From IMG/VR virus record IMGVR_UViG_3300001530_000094: a stretch of 64,000 nt of DNA; one strand, given 5' to 3'. Source of the stretch: a virus. Made by a program: the position numbers and the translations under genes. Of this stretch, positions 10,025-18,467 are shown in pieces (position 1 is the first letter of the stretch; each line of letters starts with the position of its first letter). The notes under the pieces are model-generated. The model made no database searches and was not told the origin of the DNA. It saw only the letters and a program-made list of their open reading frames with translations.

Positions 10025-10705
10025 CTAAACATGAAACTTATAAAGCAATATTTGAATTGGGTAGACCTATAATAGAAGATTCCAGACATCCATATTTACA
10101 TCTAGCATATAAACTAAAACTTAATAATTACAGAGTAATTACTGATGGAGAGCTGATGGTGAAAGGAAAAGATTTAGAAATTCCAGAATATATGAAAGAG
10201 TTTTTAAGATTTCATGGAGAAGCTTTAATGATAGCTAATATAATTAGTGAAAAAGTAATTTCTATAGTTCTTAGAAGTATAAATACTAAAAAAGAGTTTC
10301 AAAAAGTAGGAGTAATGAAGAATATGCTATACGGTTTGGGACAACTTTCAGACAATTTTAAGTTTCGGACAACCTATATTATTAGTAGAAGGACATTTAG
10401 ATAGAGATACAATGTCTGAATTTTATCCTAATGTTTTAGCTCTTACAACAAATAAAATATCTAACACTCAAAGAGATATTCTTAAATCTTTAAGCAATAA
10501 ATTTATTTTAATGTTAGACAATGATGAAGCTGGCAGAATAGGAACTAAAGATGCTTATTATAAACTTAAAGGATGTAAAATTCAAGAGTTAAAGCATTTA
10601 GCTAATATGAAGGATGCTGGTGACTTAAACAAATTAGAATTTACTAATAAATCAGAGTATGATTGGGTAACTACTAACTATAAAATGCAGATTGAAATGT
10701 TTTAA
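10021..10705 (+). CDS. Toprim-domain primase-like protein, interrupted at a CGG codon (+1 shift needed)
   Basis: Segments 10021-10365 and 10367-10705. Skipping C10366 gives ...LSDNFKF-G-QPILLVEGHLDRD...LMLDNDEAGRIG, so the Toprim E-G..D and DxDxxG motifs fall in one chain. The zero frame stops at 10402-10404. Confidence 0.7.
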
Positions 10706-10742
10706 AAACTTGCATACTATATAATAAGTAAAGGAGTTAATT

Positions 10743-10925
10743 ATGAAGACAGGAGATAATGTATTGTTCTATTATAAAAATAGAGCATACTCTGGAGAAA
10801 TCACTAGTATAAATTTACAAATTCAAAACACTATTGTTTATAATGTAAGATGCGGTGTATCTAATGAATTTGAAATTTGGAAAAATAAACTTACTGGAGA
10901 AATAGTTGATATTAAGAAATTATAA
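10743..10925 (+). CDS. Hypothetical protein
   Basis: AAGGAG upstream. No motif recognised. Confidence 0.35.
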   Translation: MKTGDNVLFYYKNRAYSGEITSINLQIQNTIVYNVRCGVSNEFEIWKNKLTGEIVDIKKL

Positions 10926-10943
10926 GAAGGAGAGAAGTAGATA

Positions 10944-11981
10944 ATGATTACACAAGAATGTAGACCTAAAACATTTAAAGAAGTAAGTGGACAGACTATT
11001 CCTAAGTCTGTTCTACAAGCAATTTGTAAATCACCGTCTACTTCACCTAGAACTATAATTTTAGAGGGAGAGTATGGCACAGGTAAGACTAGTTGTGCTA
11101 GAATATTTGCAAAAGCATTAAACTGTAAACATAGAACAAAAACTGGAGATGCTTGTGGAAAGTGTGATAATTGTTTATGTGACATAGATAAATCTATGTT
11201 TTACGCAGAGTATGACTCTTCTGTAATTGGTAATATAACAGACATAAAAGAGCTTAAAGATACATTTTATTTTAATGAGTCTTTAGGATATAAAGTAGTT
11301 GTTTTAGATGAAGCTCATTTAATAACACCTCAAGCTCAGTCGACTCTTTTAAAATTATTTGAAGAAGGTGTAGAAGGAGTATTTTTTGTTCTTTGTACTA
11401 CTAATTCTTCTAAAATTTTAAATACTATACGTTCTAGAGCTTTATCTTTAAGATTTGACTTGTTGAGTACTGAAGAAGTTGAAAAAAACTTAAAAAATAT
11501 TTGTGAAAATAGTTTACAAATTGAAATAGAAAGTGATATAATCCAATTAATAGCAGAACAAAGTAAAGGTCATTTAAGAAATGCACACATGTTATTAGAA
11601 CAATACAGACTGTTAGGTAGAGAAGAATTTACTAATTTATATAGAAGTTGTTCAGAGTTATATAAAACATTTCTATATTTAGTGGTTACTAATAAATCTG
11701 AGCATTTACCAAGAGTAATTGAACTTTTACTAAGACATAAGTTAGCAGATTTAAAATCAGAATATGAGTTATTTGTATTAAATATAATAAAGATTTACTA
11801 TAATAAAACACAGGTTGAAGATAAACAACTAAATTTAGTTTTGAATATATATAAAAATAGAAAAAATAGTTTTATAGATGTATTAAATAATTATAGAAAT
11901 TATGACATGTTTAACTCAGATACAAGATTTGCTTCACTTATGTGGCTATTAGCAGACAGACTACGACAACTAATTTTGTAG
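10944..11981 (+). CDS. Clamp-loader ATPase (DNA polymerase III gamma/tau-like, AAA+)
   Basis: Walker A GEYGTGKTS, Zn module CGKCDNCLC, Walker B VVLDEAHL, sensor TIRSRALSLRF. Confidence 0.8.
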   Translation: MITQECRPKTFKEVSGQTIPKSVLQAICKSPSTSPRTIILEGEYGTGKTSCARIFAKALNCKHRTKTGDACGKCDNCLCDIDKSMFYAEYDSSVIGNITDIKELKDTFYFNESLGYKVVVLDEAHLITPQAQSTLLKLFEEGVEGVFFVLCTTNSSKILNTIRSRALSLRFDLLSTEEVEKNLKNICENSLQIEIESDIIQLIAEQSKGHLRNAHMLLEQYRLLGREEFTNLYRSCSELYKTFLYLVVTNKSEHLPRVIELLLRHKLADLKSEYELFVLNIIKIYYNKTQVEDKQLNLVLNIYKNRKNSFIDVLNNYRNYDMFNSDTRFASLMWLLADRLRQLIL

Positions 11982-11994
11982 GAGGAAGTAATGA

Positions 11995-12564
11995 ATGGTT
12001 TATTCATCTGTTGAAGGATTAATAGACAACATAGTAGAAGTAGTTCAAAAAATGTTTTTCTTTTATGTGTATGATGAGGACACTATAAATGATTTAAAGC
12101 AAGAAGGCTACTTAATGGCTTATGAATTATTAGCTAAAGGAGAGTATGACCCTAGTAGAAGTCTTAGAAATTATCTTTTTACTGGTGTAAGAAATGCAAT
12201 GACAAACTTTATGTATAAAAAGAATAAAACTAAGAAAGATATTTCACATGACACTTTAGAATCAGCAGAATTTCAAGATTTCATGAATGTTACTGGAAAT
12301 GATTATTATGTAGGAAAAGTTTACACTAGAATAGAATATCAAATAGGGAGTGATATTACAGTTGATGATTTAAAAGAAGTTACAGATAAATACAAGAATT
12401 ATGGCAAAAATCTTTTGGATAAATCAGAGAAAAAACTATCAGACAAACTAAATTTAGAAATTACAGAAGAAATAAAAATAGATGGAGAGGATGATACATT
12501 ACCTATTGTGTATAATGTGATAATGGGAGAGGTTATATGGAACAAAGTAATGAGTTTGATATAA
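11995..12564 (+). CDS. Sigma-70-family-like transcription factor (region 2-like)
   Basis: DLKQEGYLMAYELL...SLRNYLFTGVRNAMTNFMYKKNK resembles sigma region 2. Assigned from memory of the consensus. Confidence 0.45.
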   Translation: MVYSSVEGLIDNIVEVVQKMFFFYVYDEDTINDLKQEGYLMAYELLAKGEYDPSRSLRNYLFTGVRNAMTNFMYKKNKTKKDISHDTLESAEFQDFMNVTGNDYYVGKVYTRIEYQIGSDITVDDLKEVTDKYKNYGKNLLDKSEKKLSDKLNLEITEEIKIDGEDDTLPIVYNVIMGEVIWNKVMSLI

Positions 12565-13128
12565 GAGATGAAAATCTTATACCTAGTGAGATAATAGAGA
12601 AGAAAATGATAAAGGGAGATAAAGAGAAAAAAGAATATGAGCCACGGCAGTTTAGTACTCTTTAGAAAGATGACACCAGAACAATATGATATATTTATAC
12701 AACAACTTTCAGACTCAGTAGGCTACAAACTTGATTTACTTAAAAAAATAATATCTAATAGCATAAAAAGAGGAGAAGATGATAATATTTTATTCTTAAG
12801 AATATTGGACGCTTTTGCAGGAACAAGTATAAGCTTTCCTAAGAGAAGACAATCTTTTCAATATTTAGATAAAACTTTTATGTATACTAAGGCCAAGAAC
12901 CATAATTTTACAGAAGATATTTATAATAGTATTGCAAAACATCATGATGAAAAATTAGCTGTAGTTAAAAATAGAGTTTTAAGAATTTCTAAGTTATTAG
13001 ATGATGAAGAATATACTACTTTAGTTAGAGAACAAGATAAACTTAAGAAAAAGAGAAGAGAAGCTAGAGAAGAAAAAAGAAAACTAAGAGAGGCAAAAGA
13101 AAGAAAAGATAATGAAGAAAGTACATAG
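12537..13128 (+). CDS. Hypothetical basic/coiled-coil protein whose N-terminus is upstream of a CGG (+1 shift needed)
   Basis: The ATG at 12537 has a GGGAGAGG SD. The 36 codons MEQSNEFDIRDEN...KEYEP run into CGG 12645-12647. The +1 frame (12646 onward) is the track ORF 12637..13128 (GSLVLFRKMTPEQ...). The zero frame stops 6 codons later. Confidence 0.55.
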
Positions 13129-13151
13129 TAATATATAAAGGAGGTAGAAAT

Positions 13152-13655
13152 ATGATAGTTTGTTTAGAAGGACCAGATGGCTCAGGAAAAAGTACTTTAG
13201 TAAGATATCTTCAAGAAAAATATAATATGAAAATGAAACATTCAAGTTCTGAAACTAAAAATGATTTTCAATATCATTTAGATTTATTAGAAGAAGACAA
13301 TGTAGTCTTAGATAGAGCTAATCTTGGAGAAATAGTATATCCAGAAGTATATGGTAGAAATCCTAAAATGACTTGGGATAATCAAATAGATTTTATGAAT
13401 GCTTGCATGGACAAAGGTGTAATTTATATAATCTTTTACGCATCAGACTTTAATACTTTAAAAGAAAGATTATTTAAAAGAGGAGATACTCAACAAGTGC
13501 TAGAAAATGCAGAGAAAATAAATTTAGTATTTAAAACTTTAGCACACATGTTTTCAGAACTTTATCCTAATGTGTATGCATTAGATATTTCTAAGGAGTC
13601 AGACCAGATTAAATTTTTCGAAGATATTTTAAAGGAGAAAACAGATGGAGAATGA
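13152..13655 (+). CDS. Thymidylate/dNMP kinase family protein
   Basis: N-terminal P-loop MIVCLEGPDGSGKSTL and a DR motif (VLDRANLGE). Confidence 0.65.
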   Translation: MIVCLEGPDGSGKSTLVRYLQEKYNMKMKHSSSETKNDFQYHLDLLEEDNVVLDRANLGEIVYPEVYGRNPKMTWDNQIDFMNACMDKGVIYIIFYASDFNTLKERLFKRGDTQQVLENAEKINLVFKTLAHMFSELYPNVYALDISKESDQIKFFEDILKEKTDGE

Positions 13656-13884
13656 GTTTTATGAACATTTAGTAATTTCTGGGAGAGATGAGAATTTTCA
13701 AAACGATTTAACTAAAGCTTCTATAGCAGGTTGGGAAACAGTTCATATAAATTCTTTTCCAGTAGAAAAGCCAGATATGCTAAAACATGGCTATACTATA
13801 GAATTAATCTATACAGCAGTTTTAAGAAGATTAAGAAGCAGAGAGGAGTTAAAAGATGATAACAGAAAACTTGAAACAACATAG
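13645..13884 (+). CDS. Hypothetical protein
   Basis: AAGGAG upstream. No motif recognised. Confidence 0.35.
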   Translation: MENEFYEHLVISGRDENFQNDLTKASIAGWETVHINSFPVEKPDMLKHGYTIELIYTAVLRRLRSREELKDDNRKLETT

Positions 13885-14869
13885 AGAAGAACAGTGGACA
13901 GAACAATATTATAAAGAATCAAAAGAAATAATACAAAATAAAGATATACTTCCGATTGTTGTTCCATCGTATAGAAGAGGATATGCTGCTTCTACTTTAC
14001 AGGCTTTGAAAGATTTTCCTGAGTTAAAAGTAGTAGTATTTATATATGAAGAAGAGTTTGATTTATATAGACATTTATTTGAAACATATCCTCATATACA
14101 ATATCAACTATGCTCAGGATTTAGAGGAATTGCTCCTAAAAGAAAGTATATTACTGAAAGAATGGTACAATTAGGAATGCCAGAATTTTTTGAGATAGAT
14201 GATGATGCAACAGCATTTTTCTATACAAAACATGGTAGTATGAAAAAAGACCCTACAAAGTACAAAGCAGAGAAGACCCAGATTGACATACAAGACTTTT
14301 TCAGAATGTTCCAATATATTATTAAATATAAAGCGCTAGAAAAAATAGACTTATGCGGAATAATTTTTGATAACGGAGCTTGGGCTCAAGATTTAAGAAC
14401 TTTACCTGATATTATTTATATCGGCGGACAAGCTTTTTGCTTTTATTTAGATGCAAAGGCTTGCTTAGACAAAGGATTGAACTATTATGTAGAAGATAAA
14501 ATTTGGGAAGATTTTGATTTTTCAATGCAAGTAATAAATGCAGGGTTAAACTCTTGTCAAATAAGATATTTAACTGCTTCTACACCTACTATGACTCCCG
14601 GAGATTCAGTCGCTACTGCAGCTGGTTCACCTTGGGCACAGAAATCAGTAAATCTATATAAAAGATGGGGAGACTTGATTAGGTTTAAACCTATGAAGGG
14701 TGAGTTGAATGCTAAAATAAAATGGACTACTATTAGAAATCAACTTAAGAAAGACGGTCATTTAACTATCACTTATAATCCAGTTTATATGGAGTTTATA
14801 AATAGAAATGATTATGATGGATTAACACATTATATAGAACAAGAAAAGAATAAAAATGAGGAGGTATAA
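13856..14869 (+). CDS. Candidate GT-A-like glycosyltransferase (possible DNA base-modifying enzyme)
   Basis: N-terminal beta-strand IVVPSYRRG followed by an acidic FFEIDDDAT (DxD-like) block. It sits between the dNMP kinase and the dCMP hydroxymethylase. The fold assignment is a guess. Confidence 0.3.
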   Translation: MITENLKQHREEQWTEQYYKESKEIIQNKDILPIVVPSYRRGYAASTLQALKDFPELKVVVFIYEEEFDLYRHLFETYPHIQYQLCSGFRGIAPKRKYITERMVQLGMPEFFEIDDDATAFFYTKHGSMKKDPTKYKAEKTQIDIQDFFRMFQYIIKYKALEKIDLCGIIFDNGAWAQDLRTLPDIIYIGGQAFCFYLDAKACLDKGLNYYVEDKIWEDFDFSMQVINAGLNSCQIRYLTASTPTMTPGDSVATAAGSPWAQKSVNLYKRWGDLIRFKPMKGELNAKIKWTTIRNQLKKDGHLTITYNPVYMEFINRNDYDGLTHYIEQEKNKNEEV

Positions 14870-14871
14870 TT

Positions 14872-15216
14872 ATGGCTACTGAAGAACAAATAAGAAGTTT
14901 TCAGGCTACAGGTTTAACTAGAGAAGCATCTGAAAGATTAGCTAGTAAAGCTTATGATATGGATTTTGGAAAAGCTATTAGAGCATTAAAAGAAGGTAAA
15001 CAAGTTGCTAGAAAAGGTTGGAATGGTAAAGAACAATATATAGAATTAGCAACAGATATAAGTTATAAAAATACAAAAGGAGAAATAATTAATGCAGAAC
15101 ATCAAGCTATTGGAAATCAAGCAATAGCATTTGTTGGTACTTCTGGAGTTCAGTTAGGTTGGTTAGCAAGTCAAGCAGATATATTAGCAACTGACTGGTA
15201 CATAAAGGAGGACTAA
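14872..15216 (+). CDS. DUF2829-family protein (Tad2-like, putative Thoeris signal sponge)
   Basis: MDFGKAIRALKEGKQVARKGWNGKEQYI...GWLASQADILATDWYI matches the DUF2829 ends (FGxAlxALKxGKxVxRxGWNGK ... sqxDlLAxDW) as I remember them. It carries a 29-aa N-terminal extension. Confidence 0.65.
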   Translation: MATEEQIRSFQATGLTREASERLASKAYDMDFGKAIRALKEGKQVARKGWNGKEQYIELATDISYKNTKGEIINAEHQAIGNQAIAFVGTSGVQLGWLASQADILATDWYIKED

Positions 15217-15915
15217 ATGAAGAGAATATTAAATACAGACTATTTTGATGTTAATGATATTAGACAAACTTTAGTAAATAAATGGTATAATAAAGATTTT
15301 GATGATACAGGAAATGTAGCAATAATTTCTGCATCATTTGTTGCAGATGAAGCTTATATAATAAGACCACCTAATGTAAAATATGTAGAAAGAGAACTTA
15401 AATGGTATTTATCAGAAAGTTTAAATGTAAATGATATTCCTGAAGGAGCTCCTACTATATGGCAACAAGTCTCAGATAAAGACGGTTTTATAAATTCTAA
15501 CTATGGTTGGACTACTTTTTCAAAAGAGAATTATAGTCAATTTGATAAAGTAGTAGAAGAATTATCTAAAAATAAAGCTAGTAGACAAGGAGTAATAATA
15601 TTTATCAGGCCTACAATGCATGAAGATAGTAAAAGAAATGGAATGCATGATTTTATCTGTACATATTGTTATACTTTTAAAATAGAGAAAGATAAACTTT
15701 ACATGATAGTAAACATGAGAAGTAATGATTGCGTATTTGGATATGATAATGACTGGGCATTTGCAGATTATGTACATGAAAGAATGTTAGCAGAGCTTAA
15801 GAAAACTTATCCAGGTTTAGATAAAGGTGTAATATTTTGGAGAGCAGATAATTTTCACTGTTATCCTAGACATTTTAAATATTTAGAAGAAATTTATATG
15901 AATAATCAAAAATAA
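15217..15915 (+). CDS. Deoxycytidylate 5-hydroxymethyltransferase (T4 gp42-like, thymidylate synthase superfamily)
   Basis: Long identity blocks with T4 gp42 as recalled: IISASFVADE, RELKWYLSESLNVNDIPEGAPTIWQQVSDKDGFINSNYGW, SRQG, DFICT (catalytic Cys), VNMRSNDCVFGYDNDWAF. There is an Asp at the position of gp42 Asp179 (Asn in ThyA). Confidence 0.85.
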   Translation: MKRILNTDYFDVNDIRQTLVNKWYNKDFDDTGNVAIISASFVADEAYIIRPPNVKYVERELKWYLSESLNVNDIPEGAPTIWQQVSDKDGFINSNYGWTTFSKENYSQFDKVVEELSKNKASRQGVIIFIRPTMHEDSKRNGMHDFICTYCYTFKIEKDKLYMIVNMRSNDCVFGYDNDWAFADYVHERMLAELKKTYPGLDKGVIFWRADNFHCYPRHFKYLEEIYMNNQK

Positions 15916-15963
15916 AAGCATAATATAAATTATAATAAGTAAATTTGAAAGGAGCAATGTAAG

Positions 15964-16227
15964 ATGAAGATTACAGACGTAAGAATCAGAAAAATGGATA
16001 ATGGAGGAAAGAGAAGAGCAGTTGCTTCAGTAACTTTTGATAGCGAATTTGTTGTTCATGACATTAGTGTTATTGAAACTGAAAATGGAACTTTTATATC
16101 AATGCCTTCTAAGAGATTACCTAATGGAGAATATAGAGATATAGCTCATCCAATAACATCTGAAACTAGAAACAAAATTCAAGATGCAGTTTTAAACGCA
16201 TACGCTAATGAAATTGGACAATATTAA
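15964..16227 (+). CDS. spoVG: SpoVG-family nucleic-acid-binding regulator
   Basis: [10 protein letters not shown]...[20 protein letters not shown]...[34 protein letters not shown] is a near-consensus SpoVG domain. Confidence 0.85.
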   Translation: MKITDVRIRKMDNGGKRRAVASVTFDSEFVVHDISVIETENGTFISMPSKRLPNGEYRDIAHPITSETRNKIQDAVLNAYANEIGQY

Positions 16228-16260
16228 TATAGTTTATAGCGTTTTCCATAAATTTAATTT

Positions 16261-16292
16261 AGAACTATCCTAAGTGATAGTTCTTTATTTTT
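16261..16292 (+). terminator. Rho-independent terminator after spoVG
   Basis: AGAACTATC / GATAGTTCT 9-bp stem (16261-16269 / 16276-16284) followed by TTATTTTT. Confidence 0.7.
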
Positions 16293-16323
16293 GCATAATA
16301 TAATTAAGAGGAGGTGAAAAAGA

Positions 16324-16776
16324 ATGGAAGATTTTAACTTAAAATTTATTAAAACTAAAGAAGTAAAAAGTCCAGTAAGAGGACATGACACAGATGCTGG
16401 TATAGATTTCTTTGTTCCAGAGGATTTTGAAAGAGTAAAATTAAATCCAGGAGAAGATGTTCTTATAGATGCTGGTATAAAAGTAATAGTACCTAAAGGA
16501 TATGCTTTAATCTTTAAAGAAAAATCTGGAGTAGCAACTAAAAAGAAATTAACTATAGGAGCTTGTGTAGTAGATTCAGACTACAGAGGTGTAGTTCATT
16601 TACACTTATTTAATAGTGGAACTGAAATAGAAACTGTAGAAGCTGGAGATAAAATTACTCAAGGTTTAGTAGTGCCAGTTTCTTTATGCAAACCAGAAGA
16701 AATATCAGAAGAAGAATATAATTCTTATGATACAGAGCGTGGAGAAGGCGGATTCGGTTCTACTGGCTCTAAGTAG
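16324..16776 (+). CDS. dut: dUTP pyrophosphatase
   Basis: Motifs DAGIDFF, KSG, VVDSDYRG and C-terminal RGEGGFGSTG. Confidence 0.9.
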   Translation: MEDFNLKFIKTKEVKSPVRGHDTDAGIDFFVPEDFERVKLNPGEDVLIDAGIKVIVPKGYALIFKEKSGVATKKKLTIGACVVDSDYRGVVHLHLFNSGTEIETVEAGDKITQGLVVPVSLCKPEEISEEEYNSYDTERGEGGFGSTGSK

Positions 16777-16825
16777 TTTACAGAAAAGTACATTGAAAAT
16801 TAAATAGAAAGGAAAGTAGAAATTT

Positions 16826-18319
16826 ATGTTAGTAACAGGAATTATTATTGGAGTCGCAGTTTTACTATTAGTTTTATTTATTATGGCAAGTTATACTAAA
16901 TGCCCACCAGATATGGTATATCTAGTATCTGGGTTGAGAAAAGAACCTAGAGTTATAATAGGAAAAGCTACATTTAAAATACCATTTTTTGAAAGAGTAG
17001 ATAAATTAACTCTAGAACTAATTCAGATAGATGTAAGAACTTCTAGTGTACCTACAGCTGACTTCATCAATGTAGATGTAGATGCTGTAGCAAATGTAAG
17101 AATACCTAAGGATAATGATTTAATACAAGTAGCTGCAAGACACTTTTTAAATCAAAGCTCTGATTATATAGCAAGAAATGTTCAACAAGTATTAGAAGGA
17201 AATATGAGAGAGATTATAGGTCAAATGCAATTAGTAGATTTAGTAAATAATAAACAAATCTTTTCTCAAAAAATCCAAGAGAATGCTAAAGATGACATTA
17301 AAGCTATAGGATTAGAAATAGTAAACTTAAATGTACAAAGTTGTACAGATGAGAATAATGCTATAAATGATTTAGGAATTGACAATTTAGTCAAAATTCA
17401 AAAAACTGCGAAGATTGCAAAAGCTGAATCAGAAAAAGAAATTAAAATAGCTGAGTCTAAAGCTGATGAAGAAGGAGCTAAAGCTAGAGCAGAAGCAGAT
17501 GCAAAAATAGCAGAACAACAAAAAGATTTAGAAATTAAGAAAGCAGAGTTTAAAATAGAACAAGATAGAAAGAAAGCAGAAGCAGATGCAGCATATTCAA
17601 TACAACAAGCACAACAACAGAAATCTATAAATGAAAGTACTGTAGCTGCAGAGGTAGCAAAAGCAGAGAAAGAAACAGAACTTAAAGAGAAAGAAGTAGC
17701 ATTAAAAGAAAAAGAACTTGATGCTTTAGTAAGAAAACAAGCAGATGCTGAAAGATATGCTGCAGAACAAAAAGCTGAAGCAGAGAAGAACGTAAGAATA
17801 CAGGAAGCAGAAGCAGACTTAGCAGATGCGGAAAGAGGAGCTAAAGCTAGAGTAGCTCAAGCAAAAGCAGAAAAAGAAGCGAGTGAACTAGAAGCTCAAG
17901 GTATAAAAGCTAAATTAGTAGCAGAAGCTGAAGGAAAGAAAGCTATATTATTAGCAGAAGCAGAGGGTGTAAAAGCTAAAGGTTTAGCTGAAGCAGAAGC
18001 TATAGAGAAGAAAGCAGAAGCACAAGCAAAGATGAAAGAAGCTTCTATTGTAGAAATGATAATGACAGCTTTACCTCAAATAGCTAAAGAAGTATCTACA
18101 CCTCTAAGCAATATAGACTCAATTACAATGTATGGAGACCAGTCAACTAAATTACTAGAAGAAAATACTCAGAAAATAGATAAAGTATTAAAAGTGGCTC
18201 AAGATTCATTGGGATTAGATTTAAAAAGTTTAGTAGCTGGATTTGCTGGTTCAGAGGTATTAAACAAAGTAGTAGATTCAAAAACTAAAAAATCTAATAA
18301 AACTCAAACATCAGAATGA
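16826..18319 (+). CDS. Flotillin-like SPFH/Band-7 membrane-scaffold protein
   Basis: N-terminal TM helix, an SPFH core (CPPDMVYLVSGLRK...FKIPFFERVDKLTLELIQIDV), then a long Ala/Glu/Lys-rich flotillin-type coiled coil. Confidence 0.8.
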   Translation: MLVTGIIIGVAVLLLVLFIMASYTKCPPDMVYLVSGLRKEPRVIIGKATFKIPFFERVDKLTLELIQIDVRTSSVPTADFINVDVDAVANVRIPKDNDLIQVAARHFLNQSSDYIARNVQQVLEGNMREIIGQMQLVDLVNNKQIFSQKIQENAKDDIKAIGLEIVNLNVQSCTDENNAINDLGIDNLVKIQKTAKIAKAESEKEIKIAESKADEEGAKARAEADAKIAEQQKDLEIKKAEFKIEQDRKKAEADAAYSIQQAQQQKSINESTVAAEVAKAEKETELKEKEVALKEKELDALVRKQADAERYAAEQKAEAEKNVRIQEAEADLADAERGAKARVAQAKAEKEASELEAQGIKAKLVAEAEGKKAILLAEAEGVKAKGLAEAEAIEKKAEAQAKMKEASIVEMIMTALPQIAKEVSTPLSNIDSITMYGDQSTKLLEENTQKIDKVLKVAQDSLGLDLKSLVAGFAGSEVLNKVVDSKTKKSNKTQTSE

Positions 18320-18378
18320 CTTCAGTGACATTTTTATAAAGAGTTAATATAATTTTATATCTTAGCGCTACTAAAAAT
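18299..18378 (+). repeat. Conserved intergenic boundary element, copy A
   Basis: Core AAACATCAGAATGACTTCAGTGACATTTTTAT (18306-18337) overlaps the flotillin stop codon. It is followed by an AT hairpin whose loop carries the palindrome TAGCGCTA. Confidence 0.7.
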
Positions 18379-18390
18379 TTAAAATACCTA

Positions 18391-18419
18391 TTTACAAAAT
18401 TAAAATAATATGTTATAAT
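18391..18419 (+). promoter_or_regulatory. Host sigma-A-type early promoter P1
   Basis: TTTACA (18391-18396), 17-nt spacer, extended -10 TGtTATAAT (18411-18419). Confidence 0.7.
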
Positions 18420-18467
18420 GCACATATAAAGTAATTTTTGAAGTAAGTTCATTGGAGGTAAGACAGT

